Assembly (NCBI GenBank): GCA_002269645.1
Contig: NIVC01000366.1
Span: 124,001 to 188,000, forward strand
DNA length: 64,000 nt
Source of the DNA: Macrostomum lignano
Lineage: Eukaryota
Direction of reading: 5' to 3'
This document shows, one piece after another, positions 1 to 12,700 of the stretch; the first letter of the stretch is position 1; each line of letters opens with the position of its first letter. A program made the translations under genes and the position numbers. The notes under the pieces are model-generated. The model was given only the letters and a program-made list of their open reading frames with translations. It had not been told where the DNA came from and did not search any database.

Positions 1-696
1 CAGAAGACACTCAAGAGACATCCAAGAGACACTCAAGAGACACTCCAAGAGACACTCAAGAGAAACTCAAGAGACATCCAAGAGACACTCAAGAGACATC
101 CAAGAGACACTCAAGAGACATCCAAGAGACACCCAGAAGACACTCAAGAGACATCCAAGAGACACTCAAGAGACACTCCAAGAGACACTCAAGAGACACT
201 CAAGAGACATCCAAGAGACACTCAAGAGACATCCAAGAGACACTCAAGAGACATCCAAGAGACACCAGAGACACTCAAGAGACATCCAAGAGACACTCAA
301 GAGACACTCAAGAGACACTCAAGAGACACTCAAGAGACATCCAAGAGACACTCAAGAGACATCCAAGAGACACTCAAGAGACATCAAGAGACACTCAAGA
401 GACATCCAAGAGACACCAGAGACACTCAAGAGACATCCAAGAGACACTCAAGAGACACTCAAGAGACACTCAAGAGACACTCAAGAGACACTCCAAGAGA
501 CACTCAAGAGACATCAAGAGACACTCAAGAGACACTCAAGAGACACTCAAGAGACACTCAAGAGACACTCAAGAGACACTCAAGAGACACTCAAGAGACA
601 TCCAAGAGACACTCAAGAGACATCCAAGAGACACTCAAGAGACATCCAAGAGACACTCAAGAGACATCCAAGAGACACTCAAGACACTCAAGAGAC
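1..696. repeat. Minisatellite, 11-12 bp (CAAGAGACACT / CAAGAGACATC)
   Basis: Direct inspection; probably intronic to the ENaC gene. Confidence 0.95.
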
Positions 697-1154
697 GATC
701 CCCACAATGGGACCCTTGCCAAACAAATTGGTTTCCAAGAAAAATTGCTTTGCAGGACAGCTAGGCGGAGAAACCCTTACTGTCTGCTCAAAATCATCCA
801 TAATTTTATTAATATCAAAAACCAATTTTGACAAACTTGATCTGGTTTTAAAGCCGATTAAATTCTTCGCATTTACACGATAAATGATTTATTAGCATGT
901 TATTTAAAATCTATCTTGAATTGTGATTGATGAAGAGACCTTATTTTATGCTGCATAGTTAGAGTTCATTGACTTGAAACTTATTTTGCTTAAAAAAGTT
1001 ACTCTTGTAAAAAGCATCAGCTTCATTCAAATTTGTGCTCATTTTCCTATGAAACTTATGCCATTTTTTGAAGAATTTATTCAACTTTAAATAGCGACCA
1101 AGATTGCTATTTCGAAATTATCCAACTTAGCTTGCCAAGCGGCCTTATTCAAAC

Positions 1155-4100
1155 CTTGCTCGCAGTAGTCTCGCCCAGCTCTGCGACTGGTCCATCATCC
1201 AATGCAGCTGGAAGTTGGTTGCTCGCCAGCGCGTCACCGACGACTGCTGCGGATAGGTGTAGCGACTGCAGCGCTTCCGACACGTGGTGCCGTACGCCGC
1301 CTGACGCACGGCTCTGACATCGACTCCGCTAAGGCAGTCGAGGCGTCTGAAAAAATAACGGAAAACCAATGCCACGGCTCTGTAATGTACACAAAAGAGC
1401 GTGCAAACCTGGAAAATTTGGAGCAGAATAACAAAGTTACCCTAAAGTAAAACAGTTAAACAGTTTCTACCTTCTTCTTTCCCTATATTTCTAGTATAAG
1501 TAGAGTGATTAAAATGTTATTTATTATTATTAGTGTTATACATTAGATATTCTGTAGTTTCTACTGCAAGTAGAGTATAAAGAGTATGCTTTGACATACT
1601 CGTACATGTATCGAAAATCAATTTATCAATCGCACAGCTTTCTACTAACAATTAATGCATGTTGTGACGGTCGAGCCCGATCGTGACTATGAGTAGTTTT
1701 GTAACTTCTACTCAACAATAGCATTAATACATGCCTTACCGGAAGAAGCTTTCAGTTTTGTTCGGATCAATATTGCCACAGTAAGGTGTCTGAAGCGTCG
1801 GTCGAGCCACTGGCCGGGGCAGGTGGGCCAAGACGCAGCCGCACCGATTGATCACGTGACGATTGAGCTCCTGGTCGATGCAGGCCCGATAGGAATAGGA
1901 ATAATTCCTGCCCAAATCGTAGATGTAAGGCTGGTGACCCGGATGGCAGCGATCGTTGGGCAACTCGGTAGCCTCACTCCATTGGATGGTGTCGAAAGCA
2001 ATTTCCACCATTTTGCCTGCAAAAAATTTTAGGTATAAACAAAGAAAAAATATTAACTATTTGCATTCAATTTCAGCGCTATAATGACTGTTTCGCATTT
2101 CCTTGTTGGCCTTTGTTGAACAAAGTAACGTCGAAAAATTCTAGGAATACTTTGTAGATAAATAAAGATCAAAAAGGTTAGGCTTGTTTTCTTGTTGTCA
2201 TGTACATTCTCTTTGTTACATCTCTCTCCCTCGCCGGGTTCTGATTGGCTCTCCATTCTGGTTTCTCTCTTTAGTCGCGCAGTCCTCCACCCCTCCTTTT
2301 ATTATCTGTATTCAACCCCAGTCGTCATAAATATACCCGTTAGGGCGCTGCGCCCCACTTACTCTCTTTTAATTCAACTGCAATTAAAATAGACTAATTT
2401 TAAAAGTTTTATTTTTTCCTTTACAATGTAAATTGTCACGTGACCTTCTCTACATGTACACTGTACACTAGCTCATGTAAGTAAGGGATTGGTTGGGGTT
2501 CCAAGCAAGGATCTTAGCTCTCTCCGTCTCGTGACTTCTATGCCACTCTTTTTTACTGGGAAGTCTATATTGATTGTCTGTTCTAGACGCAACAGAACCC
2601 ATCCAAACCAATAAACTTCTATTTTATCTAACCTTAGTAATGTTCCTTCTCCATTCCAAATCAACGCCGATTGGCGGTCAGGTGACCTCTAACTGTTTAG
2701 TCGATACTGGTACAATTATCGTTTTAATAATATCAGCCCAACCCTTCGCCAATTTCTTAATTAACCAAATGGTAATGGTATTTGACCAATGGACCAAAGC
2801 TTTCTTGGTCACGTGATCTCCCTCCTTTACCCTCAATGTACATTTATGCTACTTATATTGGCAAACCCCGCCACCTTATTTGACGAAGCATTTTATAAAA
2901 ACGAAACAGCTCACCCGGTTCAATGTGAACTCCGCCCTTATCAACATTGGGAAATATGCCATCCTCGTGCAGCAACAGTCTGAGGCCGAACGCCTGATCG
3001 AAGATGTCCATAACAAAGGCCTGATCCCAGCTGCGCAGGTCCGGCGGCAGGCCCAGGTCTACAATGAGGTACACATCGGACACTCGCCTGCTGTAATAGT
3101 CTAGACTGGGTCGAACAGTGTAGCAGTTGAAGTAGCGTGGATTGGACACCAGATCGAACTCTAGTCCGCACTGCTGGTCTTTGCCAACTAGACTATAACT
3201 GCCTCGAACTGTCATACAGTGCAATAGGAACTCCTTCATTGATCGGCCCATTGCTATAGCCAGTTCTGGTGACAGATTCTGATAGTACACTCGCATCTTG
3301 TCGTAGAAGGTGAGCTTTTGGGCGAGCTGCAATCGTCCCGATTCCAGTAGATCGCGCGTTAGATTGCGCAGCATTGTGTTGAATTGTTGAGGCGATAGAC
3401 CTAGTAAAGATTAGCCGATAGAGAATCTTAATATTTATAATGAATAATGTTAAACAAATTTCCACTAAATCTTCACATGTCAGAGTATATACTGGAGTCA
3501 TAAGTTGTCCAATAGAATAGACTCTATGACTCCTGACTCCAATAGAGTCAGGAGAGTCAATGGGCTGGAGTCAGGAGAGTCAATGGGCTGGAGTCAGGAG
3601 AGTCAATTAGGCTGGAGTCAGGAGAATCAATTAGGCTGGAGTCAGGAGAGTCAATAGGCTGGAGTCAGGAGAGTCAATAGGCTGGAGTCAGGAGAGTCAA
3701 TAGGCTGGAGTCAGGAGAGTCAATAGGCTGGAGTCAGGAGAGTCAATGGGCTGGAGTCAGGAGAGTCAATAGGCTGGAGTCAGGAGAGTCAATAGGCTGG
3801 AGTCAGGAGAGTCAATGGGCTGGAGTCAGGAGAGTCAATGGGCTGGAGTCAGGAGAGTCAATAGGCTGGAGTCAGGAGAGTCAATAGGCTGGAGTCAGGA
3901 GAGTCAATGGGCTGGAGTCAGGAGAGTCAATGGGCTGGAGTCAGGAGAGTCAATGGGCTGGAGTCAGGAGAGTCAATAGGCTGGAGTCAGGAGAGTCAAT
4001 AGTCTGGAGTCTGGAGAACCAATTAGGCTGGAGTCAGGAGAATCAATTAGGCTGGAGTCAGGGTCGAGAGTCAATGGGCTGGAGTCAGGAGAGTCAATGG

Positions 4101-5466
4101 GCTGGAGTCAGGAGAATCAATTAGGCTGGAGTCAGGAGAGTCAATTAGGCTGGAGTCAGGAGAATCAATTAGGCTGGAGTCAGGAGAATCAATTAGGCTG
4201 GAGTCAGGGTCGAGAGTCAATGGGCTGGAGTCAGGAGAGTCAATGGGCTGGAGTCAGGAGAATCAATTAGGCTGGAGTCAGGAGAATCAATTAGGCTGGA
4301 GTCAGGAGAGTCAATGGGCTGGAGTCAGGAGAATCAATTAGGCTGGAGTCAGGAGAATCAATTAGGCTGGAGTCAGGAGAGTCAATTAGGCTGGAGTCAG
4401 GAGAATCAATTAGGCTGGAGTCAGGGTCGAGAGTCAATGGGCTGGAGTCAGGAGAGTCAATGGGCTGGAGTCAGGAGAGTCAATGGGCTGGAGTCAGGAG
4501 AGTCAATGGGCTGGAGTCAGGAGAGTCAATGGGCTGGAGTCAGGAGAATCAATAGGCTGGAGTCAGGAGAGTCAATTAGGCTGGAGTCAGGAGAATCAAT
4601 TAGGCTGGAGTCAGGAGAATCAATTAGGCTGGAGTCAGGAGAGTCAATTAGGCTGGAGTCAGGAGAATCAATTAGGCTGGAGTCAGGGTCGAGAGTCAAT
4701 GGGCTGGAGTCAGGAGAGTCAATGGGCTGGAGTCAGGAGAGTCAATGGGCTGGAGTCAGGAGAGTCAATGGGCTGGAGTCAGGAGAATCAATAGGCTGGA
4801 GTCAGGAGAGTCAATGGGCTGGAGTCAGGAGAGTCAATTAGGCTGGAGTCAGGAGAATCAATTAGGCTGGAGTCAGGAGAATCAATTAGGCTGGAGTCAG
4901 GAGAGTCAATGGGCTGGAGTCAGGAGAGTCAATGGGCTGGAGTCAGGAGAGTCAATGGGCTGGAGTCAGGAGAGTCAATTAGGCTGGAGTCAGGAGAATC
5001 AATTAGGCTGGAGTCAGGAGAGTCAATAGGCTGGAGTCAGGAGAGTCAATAGGCTGGAGTCAGGAGAGTCAATAATCAAAGAATTAACACAATCTTAAGT
5101 CCATTTACCTTTACTCCACAGCTCCTTCGCTCTCAACGAGAAGGGATAATGACTACAGATAGTAACTGCAGGGAACTTGGTCAAATTATTCAGCATGATG
5201 GAAGTCTGAATGGCCACATCGTAGTCCCTGTAGTTACTAATAACCATAACGCTTGAGTACAGCAGCATGACAAACATCACTAGCACAAAGGAGAACCACA
5301 ATGAGCGAAGGAACAGCGAGTCGGAGCGAGATATTTTCGAAACGCCACGAAGAGAACTGTTCCGGCAGAACAGGCTGCCGATCTCCGCTGATGCAGCTCG
5401 ACGTTTCTCCTCCCTTGCTGCTGCTGCTGCGTCTGGGTTGACGATGGAGCCATTCGACGTTGACAT
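1155..5466 (-). CDS. DEG/ENaC (amiloride-sensitive Na+ channel / ASIC-like) subunit, 3'-partial. Exons 5466-5109, 3400-2915, 2016-1740, 1346-~1155
   Basis: Exon 1 encodes the pre-TM1 segment (FCRNSSLRG), hydrophobic TM1 (LWFSFVLVMFVMLLYSS) and the family signature FPAVTIC. Later exons give NPRYFNCYT, GLRLLLH...GVHIEPG and the Cys-rich thumb (YSYRAC...CGC...PYC; C-RKRC). GT-AG boundaries with matching phases (1,1,2). No TM2 exon was found, so the gene probably continues left of the window. The exon 4 donor is uncertain. Confidence 0.85.
3530..5073. repeat. Minisatellite, 23-24 bp (GGCTGGAGTCAGGAGAGTCAATG), ENaC intron 1
   Basis: About 65 copies, direct inspection. Confidence 0.97.
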
Positions 5467-5904
5467 TACCGGCTGCTGCTTGAACCCCAAAGTCTTCGCG
5501 TCAACGAACAGATCGAGAATAACATGGGTGCACGGAAGGGGGAACGTTAATATCTATACTATTTTATTATAGAGCTAAACTGGGCTCGAAGGTTCTCCGC
5601 TGCCGCGTTGGAATCGATTGATTTCCGGGATTGTTAGATATTCTCTGTTGTAAGGATCTTGCCTATAGCTGATAGTGTTTCTTAGGAAAGAGAGAATCCA
5701 TATGCAGGAATGAAGTGAAGAACAGCTGTGTAATGCACCCCCGAACTGCTGGACAGCTCTGCGCTGGACCATTTGAAGGGATCGTCTTCAATGCAAGCAG
5801 GGGCTATATAGCTCGTACGCTTATCATAGGCTGCATGCGACCGCCCACTGTTCTTGTTGATCTGTTCCATTCTTCAACTATAACAAACGCGAACGAACGA
5901 AAAA

Positions 5905-8900
5905 AGAAGGAAAGAAGGGAGGAAGGAAGGAAGGAAGGAAGGAAGGAAGGAAGGAAGGAAGGAAGGAAGGAAGGAAGGAAGGAAGGAAGGAAGGAAGGAA
6001 GGAAGGAAGGAAGGAAGGAAGGAAGGAAGGATGGAAGGAAGGAAGGAAGGAAGGAAGGAAGGAAGGAAGGAAGGAAGGAAGGAAGGAAGGAAGGAAGGAA
6101 GGAAGGAAGGAAGGAAGGAAGGAAGGAAGGAAGGAAGGAAGGAAGGAAGGAAGGAAGGAAGGAAGGAAGGAAGGAAGGAAGGAAGGAAGGAAGGAAGGAA
6201 GGAAGGAAGGAAGGAAGGAAGGATGGAAGGAAAGAAGGATGGAAGGAAAGAAGGAAGCAAGGAAGGAAGGAAGGAAGGAAGGATGGAAGGAAGGAAGGAA
6301 GGAAGGAAGGAAGCAAGGAAGGAAGGAAGGAAGGAAGGAAGGAAGGAAGGAAGGAAGGAAGGAAGGAAGGAAGGAAGGAAGGAAGGAAGGAAGGAAGGAA
6401 GGAAGGAAGGAAGGAAGGAAGGAAGGAAGGAAGGAAGGAAGGAAGGAAGGATGGAAGGAAGGAAGGAAGGAAGGAAGGGAAGGAAGGAAGGAAGGAAGGA
6501 AGGATGGAAGGAAGGAAGGAAGGAAGCAAGGAAGGAAGGAAGGAAGGAGGAAGGAAGGAAGGAAGGAAGGAAGGAAGGAAGGAAGGAAGGAAGGAAGGAA
6601 GGAAGGAAGGAAGGAAGGATGGAAGGAAGGAAGGAAGGAAGGAAGGAAGGAAGGAAGGAAGGAAGGAAGGAAGGAAGGAATGAAGGAAGGAAGGAAGGAA
6701 GGAAGGAAGGAAGGAAGGAAGGAAGGAAGGAAGGAAGGAAGGAAGGAAGGAAGCAAGGAAGGAAGGAAGGAAGGAAGGAAGGAAAGAAGGAAGCAAGGAA
6801 AGAAGGAAGGAAGGAAGGAAGGAAGGAAGGATGGAAGGAAGGAAGGATGGAAGGAAGGAAGGAAGGATGGAAGGAAGGAAGGAAGGAAGGAAGGAAGGAA
6901 GGATGGAAGGAAGGAAGGAAGGAAGGAAAGAAGGAAGCAAGGAAGGAAGGATGGAAGGAAGGAAGGAAGGAAGGAAGGAAGGAAGGAAGGAAGGAAGGAA
7001 GGAAGGAAGGATGGAAGGCAGGAAGGAAGGAAGGAAGGAAGGAAGGAAGGAAGGAAGGATGGAAGGAAGGAAGGAAGGAAGGAAGGAAGGAAGGAAGGAA
7101 GGAAGGAAGGATGGAAGGAAGGAAGGAAGGAAGGAAGGAAGGAAGGAAGGAAGGAAGGAAGGAAGGAAGGAAGGAAGGATGGAAGGCAGGAAGGAAGGAA
7201 GGAAGGATGGATGGAAGGAAGGAAGGAAGGAAGGAAGGAAGGAGGGAAGGAAGGAAGGAAGGAAGGAAGGAAGCAAGGAAGGAAGGAAGGAAGGAAGGAA
7301 GGAAGGAAGGAAGGAAGGAAGGAAGGAAGGAAGGAAGGAAGGAAGGAAGAAGGAAGGAAGGAAGGAAGGAAGGAAGGAAGGAAGGAAGGAAGGAAGGAAG
7401 GAAGGAAGGAAGGAAGGAAGGAAGGAAGTAAGGAAGGAAAGATGGAAGGAAGGAAGGAAGGAAGGAAGGAAGGAAGGATGGAAGGATGGAAGGAAGGAAG
7501 GAAGGAAGGAAGGAAGCAAGGAAGGAAGGAAGGAAGGAAGGATGGAAGGAAGGAAGGAAGGAAGCAAGGAAGGAAGGAAGGAAGGAAGGAAGGAAGGAAG
7601 GAAGGATGGAAGGAAGGAAGGAAGGAAGGAAGGAAGGAAGGAAGGAAGGAAGGAAGGAAGGAAGGAAGAAGGAAGGAAGGAAGGAAGGAAGGAAGGAAGG
7701 AAGGAAGGAAGGAAGGAAGGAAGGAAGGAAGGAAGGAAGGAAGCAAGGAAGGAAGGAAGGAAGGAAGGAAGGAAGGAAGGAAGGAAGGATGGAAGGATGG
7801 AAGGAAGGATGGAAGGAAGGAAGGAAGGATGGAAGGAAGGAAGGAAGGAAGGAAGGAAGGAAGGATGGAAGGAAGGAAGGAAGGAAGGAAGAAGGAAGCA
7901 AGGAAGGAAGGATGGAAGGAAGGAAGGAAGGAAGGAAGGAAGGAAGGAAGGAAGGAAGGAAGGAAGGATGGAAGGCAGGAAGGAAGGAAGGAAGGAAGGA
8001 AGGAAGGAAGGAAGGATGGAAGGAAGGAAGGATGGAAGGAAGGAAGGAAGGAAGGAAGGAAGGAAGGAAGGATGGAAGGAAGGAAGGAAGGAAGGAAGGA
8101 AGGAAGGAAGGAAGGAAGGAAGGAAGGAAGGAAGGAAGGAAGGAAGGAAGGAAGGAAGGAAGGATGGAAGGAAGGAAGGAAGGAAGGAAGGATGGATGGA
8201 AGGAAGGAAGGAAGGAAGGAAGGAAGGAAGGAAGGAAGGAAGGAAGGAAGGAAGGAAGCAAGGAAGGAAGGAAGGAAGGAAGGAAGGAAGGAAGGAAGGA
8301 AGGAAGGAAGGAAGGAAGGAAGGAAGGAAGAAGGAAGGAAGGAAGGAAGGAAGGAAGGAAGGAAGGAAGGAAGGAAGGAAGGAAGGAAGGAAGGAAGGAA
8401 GTAAGGAAGGAAAGATGGAAGGAAGGAAGGAAGGAAGGAAGGAAGGATGGAAGGATGGAAGGAAGGAAGGAAGGAAGGAAGGAAGCAAGGAAGGAAGGAA
8501 GGAAGGAAGGAAGGAAGGAAGGAAGCAAGGAAGGAAGGAAGGAAGGAAGGAAGGAAGGAAGGAAGGAAGGATGGAAGGAAGGAAGGAAGGAAGGAAGGAA
8601 GGAAGGAAGGAAGGAAGGAAGGAATGAAGGAAGGAAGGAAGGAAGGAAGGAAGGAAGGAAGGAAGGAAGGAAGGAAGGAAGGAAGGAAGGAAGGAAGGAA
8701 GCAAGGAAGGAAGGAAGGAAGGATGGAAGGAAGGAAGGAAGGAAGCAAGGAAGGAAGGAAGGAAGGAAGGAAGGAAGGAAGGAAGGATGGAAGGAGGAAG
8801 GAAGGAAGGAAGGAAGGAAGGAAGGAAGGAAGGAATGAATGAAGGAAGGAAGGAAGGAAGGAAGGAAGGAAGGAAGGAAGGAAGGAAGGAAGGAAGGAAT

Positions 8901-9030
8901 GAAGGAAGGAAGGAAGGAAGGAAAGAAGGAAGGAAGGAAGGAAGGAAGGAATGAAGGAAGGAAGGAAGGAAGGAAAGAAGGAAGGAAGGAAGGAAGGAAG
9001 GAAGGAAGGAAGGAAGGAAGGAAGGAAGGA
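5905..9030. repeat. (GGAA)n microsatellite, about 3.1 kb
   Basis: Polypurine tract with GGAT and GCAA variants. Confidence 0.98.
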
Positions 9031-9720
9031 ACGACCAAAATGTTCTCTTTATTGCGGCTTTTTACATAACGCGTAGCACTTGTTTTGAATTTGCTAACTC
9101 AATGGAATTTACAACTAATAATTCTTTTGTAATGTCAATTACAAACAATAGTGCAGGGGCAAACAATTATTGAAAAAAGCCTCTAAAAAGCTGAAGCTTT
9201 ATGTTGCAATGAGGAAAAATCGATGAAGTAGTGTAAAACTGACGCAGTGACCGTAATAAATGAAGTAAGCACCATTTTACGACTAAATAGACTATTTCAA
9301 AAGTCTAGCACTACTTAAAATAGTGTGTTTGTGCGTTACTGAAATACAGGAATTCTGGGGGAAGGAAAAATGACAGAAAAAAATGATCATGGAATGAGCA
9401 AGAAGTTCATTGGAGCACGCATGGATTTCGATCAAAATAACGCACAAGCGCTCTGAGAGCTATCCAGCGTTACGCACCGTAATAACTAAACTACTACCTT
9501 GGGTGTTGCAACTCGTTACTTTTGAAGTTTCTGTGAGCAGAATGATGTATCAATTGTGTACTCGTACATAGGTTACTCGGGCTCCACTTTATGAGACTAA
9601 GTTGACAGGCTCTTTAGATCTTTGGCATCAGAAGCGTTAGTTTTATGTTCCCTATAGTTCGAAGCAATTCATTGTGAAAAAATAATCATCATCGACCGGT
9701 TCCTGTTGTTTCTTTAAGTT

Positions 9721-9726
9721 TTTATT
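9721..9726 (-). promoter_or_regulatory. Putative polyadenylation signal AATAAA of the ankyrin gene
   Basis: tttatt on + strand, 64 nt downstream of the TGA at 9790. Confidence 0.45.
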
Positions 9727-9789
9727 CCTGCTGCTGCTTGCGTCACAGCCCGTAAATTGACATCCTGCGAATCGTTTTTAAAGCGAACT

Positions 9790-12700
9790 TCAGCAACGAC
9801 CGCCTCTTCGTTGGTGTCCGCCACAGGCCGCAGCCGCTGACAGCATGGCGTCGAGCACGGCCTGCAGGCATTCGGCCGCCGGTCTCGAGGCGGTGCAGGC
9901 CAGCGCGGGCACCTGGCCGGCGGCGTCAACGGCGAACAGCGGGGCACCACGTTGGATCAGAGCGACGGCTACGTCAGGCAGGGCACCAGCGCAGGCCAGG
10001 TGTAGCGGCGTTCGGCCCTGATTATCGGTCTGTGGGGGTTTGGGTTTGGGTCAGGCTCAGGATCAGGGACAGGGTTTGGGTTTGGGTTTGGGTTTGAGTT
10101 TAGGTTTGGGTTTGGGTTTGGGTTTGGGTTTGGGTTTGGGTTTGGGTCAGGATCAGGGTCAGTGTCAGGGTCAGGGTCAGGGTTTGGGTTTGGGTTTGGG
10201 TTTAGGTTTGGGTTTGGGTTTGGATTTGGGTTTGGGTTTGGGTTTGGGATTGGGTTTGGATTTGGGTTTCGGTTTGGGTTTGGGTTTGGGTTTGGGTTTG
10301 GGTTTGGGTTTGGGTTTGGGTTTAGGTTTGGGTTTAGGTTTGGGTCAGGATCAGGGTCAGTGTCAGGGTCAGGGTCAGGGTTTGGGTTTGGGTTTGGGTT
10401 TAGGTTTGGGTTTGGGTTTGGATTTGGGTTTGGGTTTGGGTTTGGGATTGGGTTTGGATTTGGGTTTGGGTTGGGGTTTGGGTTTGGGTTTGGGTTTGGG
10501 TTTGGGTCAGGATCAGGGTCAGTGTCAGGGTCAGGGTCAGGGTTTGGGTTTGGGTTTGGGTTTAGGTTTGGGTTTGGGTTTGGATTTGGGTTTGGGTTTG
10601 GGTTTGGGATTGGGTTTGGATTTGGGTTTCGGTTTGGGTTTGGGTTTGGGTTTGGGTTTGGGTTTGGGTTTGGGTTTGGGTTTAGGTTTGGGTTTAGGTT
10701 TGGTTTGGGTTTGGTTTGGGTTTGGGTTTGGGTTTGGGTTTGGGTTTGGGTTTGGGTTTGGGTTTGGGTTTGGTTTGGGTTTGGTTTGGGTTTGGATTTG
10801 GGATAAAGCAGCCCAAACATTTCAAGAAGCAAGTCTAATTGTGAAGTCATCTGTATTCAGCTCACGGATTCCACTAGGCGACCGACATCTGGCAGGAGTT
10901 TCAACAGTGCCAAAGCCACCTCACTTTTGTGCCCAGCGCAGGCGCGATGCAAGCAGCTGGCGCCGTCATACGGATCGCGCGCTTCAACTGACGCGGCGCC
11001 AGCTTTAATCAGCGCCGATAGCAGCGCCTCGATCCGCGCGACATGGGCGCCATTGGCTGACCCCCAGCCGGCCCTGGCCGAGGCGGCAGCAGCTGTCGCT
11101 GTCATCAACGGAGTTCGACCTCGACAATCCACTGCGTCAACCGTGGCACCGTGACGGAGCAGCAGCTCCGCCACGCGCGGGTGGCCTCCCGCGGCGGCCA
11201 GGTGCAGCGGAGTTCGACCTCGACAATCCCTGATGTCGACGGGAAATACTCGTACCGCGTCGGAACTGCTAACGGTTGACTGGGTGGACTTCTGTAAGCG
11301 AATGATTGCGGAGTAGGCCACCGGGTATTATATTAACTTCAATTTTTGCTAAAGCCCCTGGTGCTGGCGCCCCTGGTGCTGGCGCCCTGGTGGTGGCGCC
11401 CTGGTGCTGGCGCCCCTGGTGCTGGCGCCCTGGTGCTGGCGCCCCTGGTGCTGGCGCCCTGGTGCTGGCGCCCCTGGTGCTGGCGCGCCTGGTGCTGGCG
11501 TCCCTGGTGCTGGCGCGCCTGGTGCTGGCGCCCCTGGTGCTGGCGCCCCTGGTGCTGGCGCTCTTGGTGCTGGCGCCCCTGGTGCTGGCGCCCCTGGTGC
11601 TGGCGCCCCTGGTGCTGGCGCCCTGGTGCTGGCGCCCTGGTGCTGGCGCCCTGGTGCTGGCGCCCCTGGTGCTGGCGCCCTGGTGCTGGCGCCTCTGGTG
11701 CTGGCGCCCTGGTGCTGGCGCCCCTGGTGCTGGCGCCCCTGGTGCTGGCGCCCCTGGTGCTGGCGCGCCTGGTGCTGGCGTCCCTGGTGCTAACGCGCCC
11801 CTGGTGCTGGCGCGCCTGGTGCTGGCGTCCATGGTGCTGGCGCGCCTGGTGCTGGCGTTCCTGGTGCTAACGCGCCCCTGGTGCTGGCGCCCCTGGTGCT
11901 GGCGCTCCTGGTGCTGGCGCCCCTGGTGCTGGCGCCCCTGGTGCTGGCGCCCCTGGTGCTAACGCGCCCCTGGTGCTGGCGCCCCTGGTGCTGGCGCCCC
12001 TGGTGCTGGCGCCCCTGGTGCTAACGCGCCCCTGGTGCTGGCGCCCCTGGTGCTGGCGCTCCTGGTGCTGGCGCCCCTGGTGCTGGCGCCCCTGGTGCTG
12101 GCGCCCCTGGTGCTGGCGCCCCTGGTGCTGGCGCCCTGGTGCTGGCGCCCTGGTGCTGGCGCCCTGGTGCTGGCGCCCCTGGTGCTGGCGCCCTGGTGCT
12201 GGCGCCCCTGGTGCTGGCGCCCCTGGTGCTGGCGCCCCTGGTGCTGGCGCCCCTGGTGCTGGCGCCCCTGGTGCTGGCGCCCCTGGTGCTGGCGCCCCTG
12301 GTGCTGGCGCGCCTGGTGCTGGCGTCCCTGGTGCTAACGCGCCCCTGGTGCTGGCGCCCCTGGTGCTAAAGCCCCTGGTGCTGGCGCCCCTGGTGCTAAA
12401 GCCCCTGGTGCTAAAGCCCCTGGTGCTAAAGCCCCTGGTGCTAAAGCCCCTGCGTGCTGGCGCCCCTGGTGCTAAAGCCCCTGGTGCTGGCGCCCCTGGT
12501 GCTAAAGCCCCTGGTGCTGAAGCCCCTGGTGCTAAAGCCCCTGGTGCTAAAGCCCCTGGTGCTAAAGCCCCTGGTGCTAAAGCCCCTGGTGCTAAAGCCC
12601 CTGGTGCTAAAGCCCCTGGTGCTAAAGCCCCTGGTGCTAAAGCCCCTGGTGCTAAAGCCCCTGGTGCTAAAGCCCCTGGTGCTAAAGCCCCTGGTGCTAA

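Noticed and set aside
5575-5880. Short minus-strand ORFs (62-65 aa) upstream of the ENaC start, behind an acceptor-like ttatag
   Set aside because: No recognisable motif, stops in all frames, and no in-phase link to either neighbouring gene; possibly 5' UTR.
5715-9069. Very long ORFs (LPSF and GRKE repeats, up to 1054 aa)
   Set aside because: Translations of the (GGAA)n microsatellite, open in most frames on both strands.
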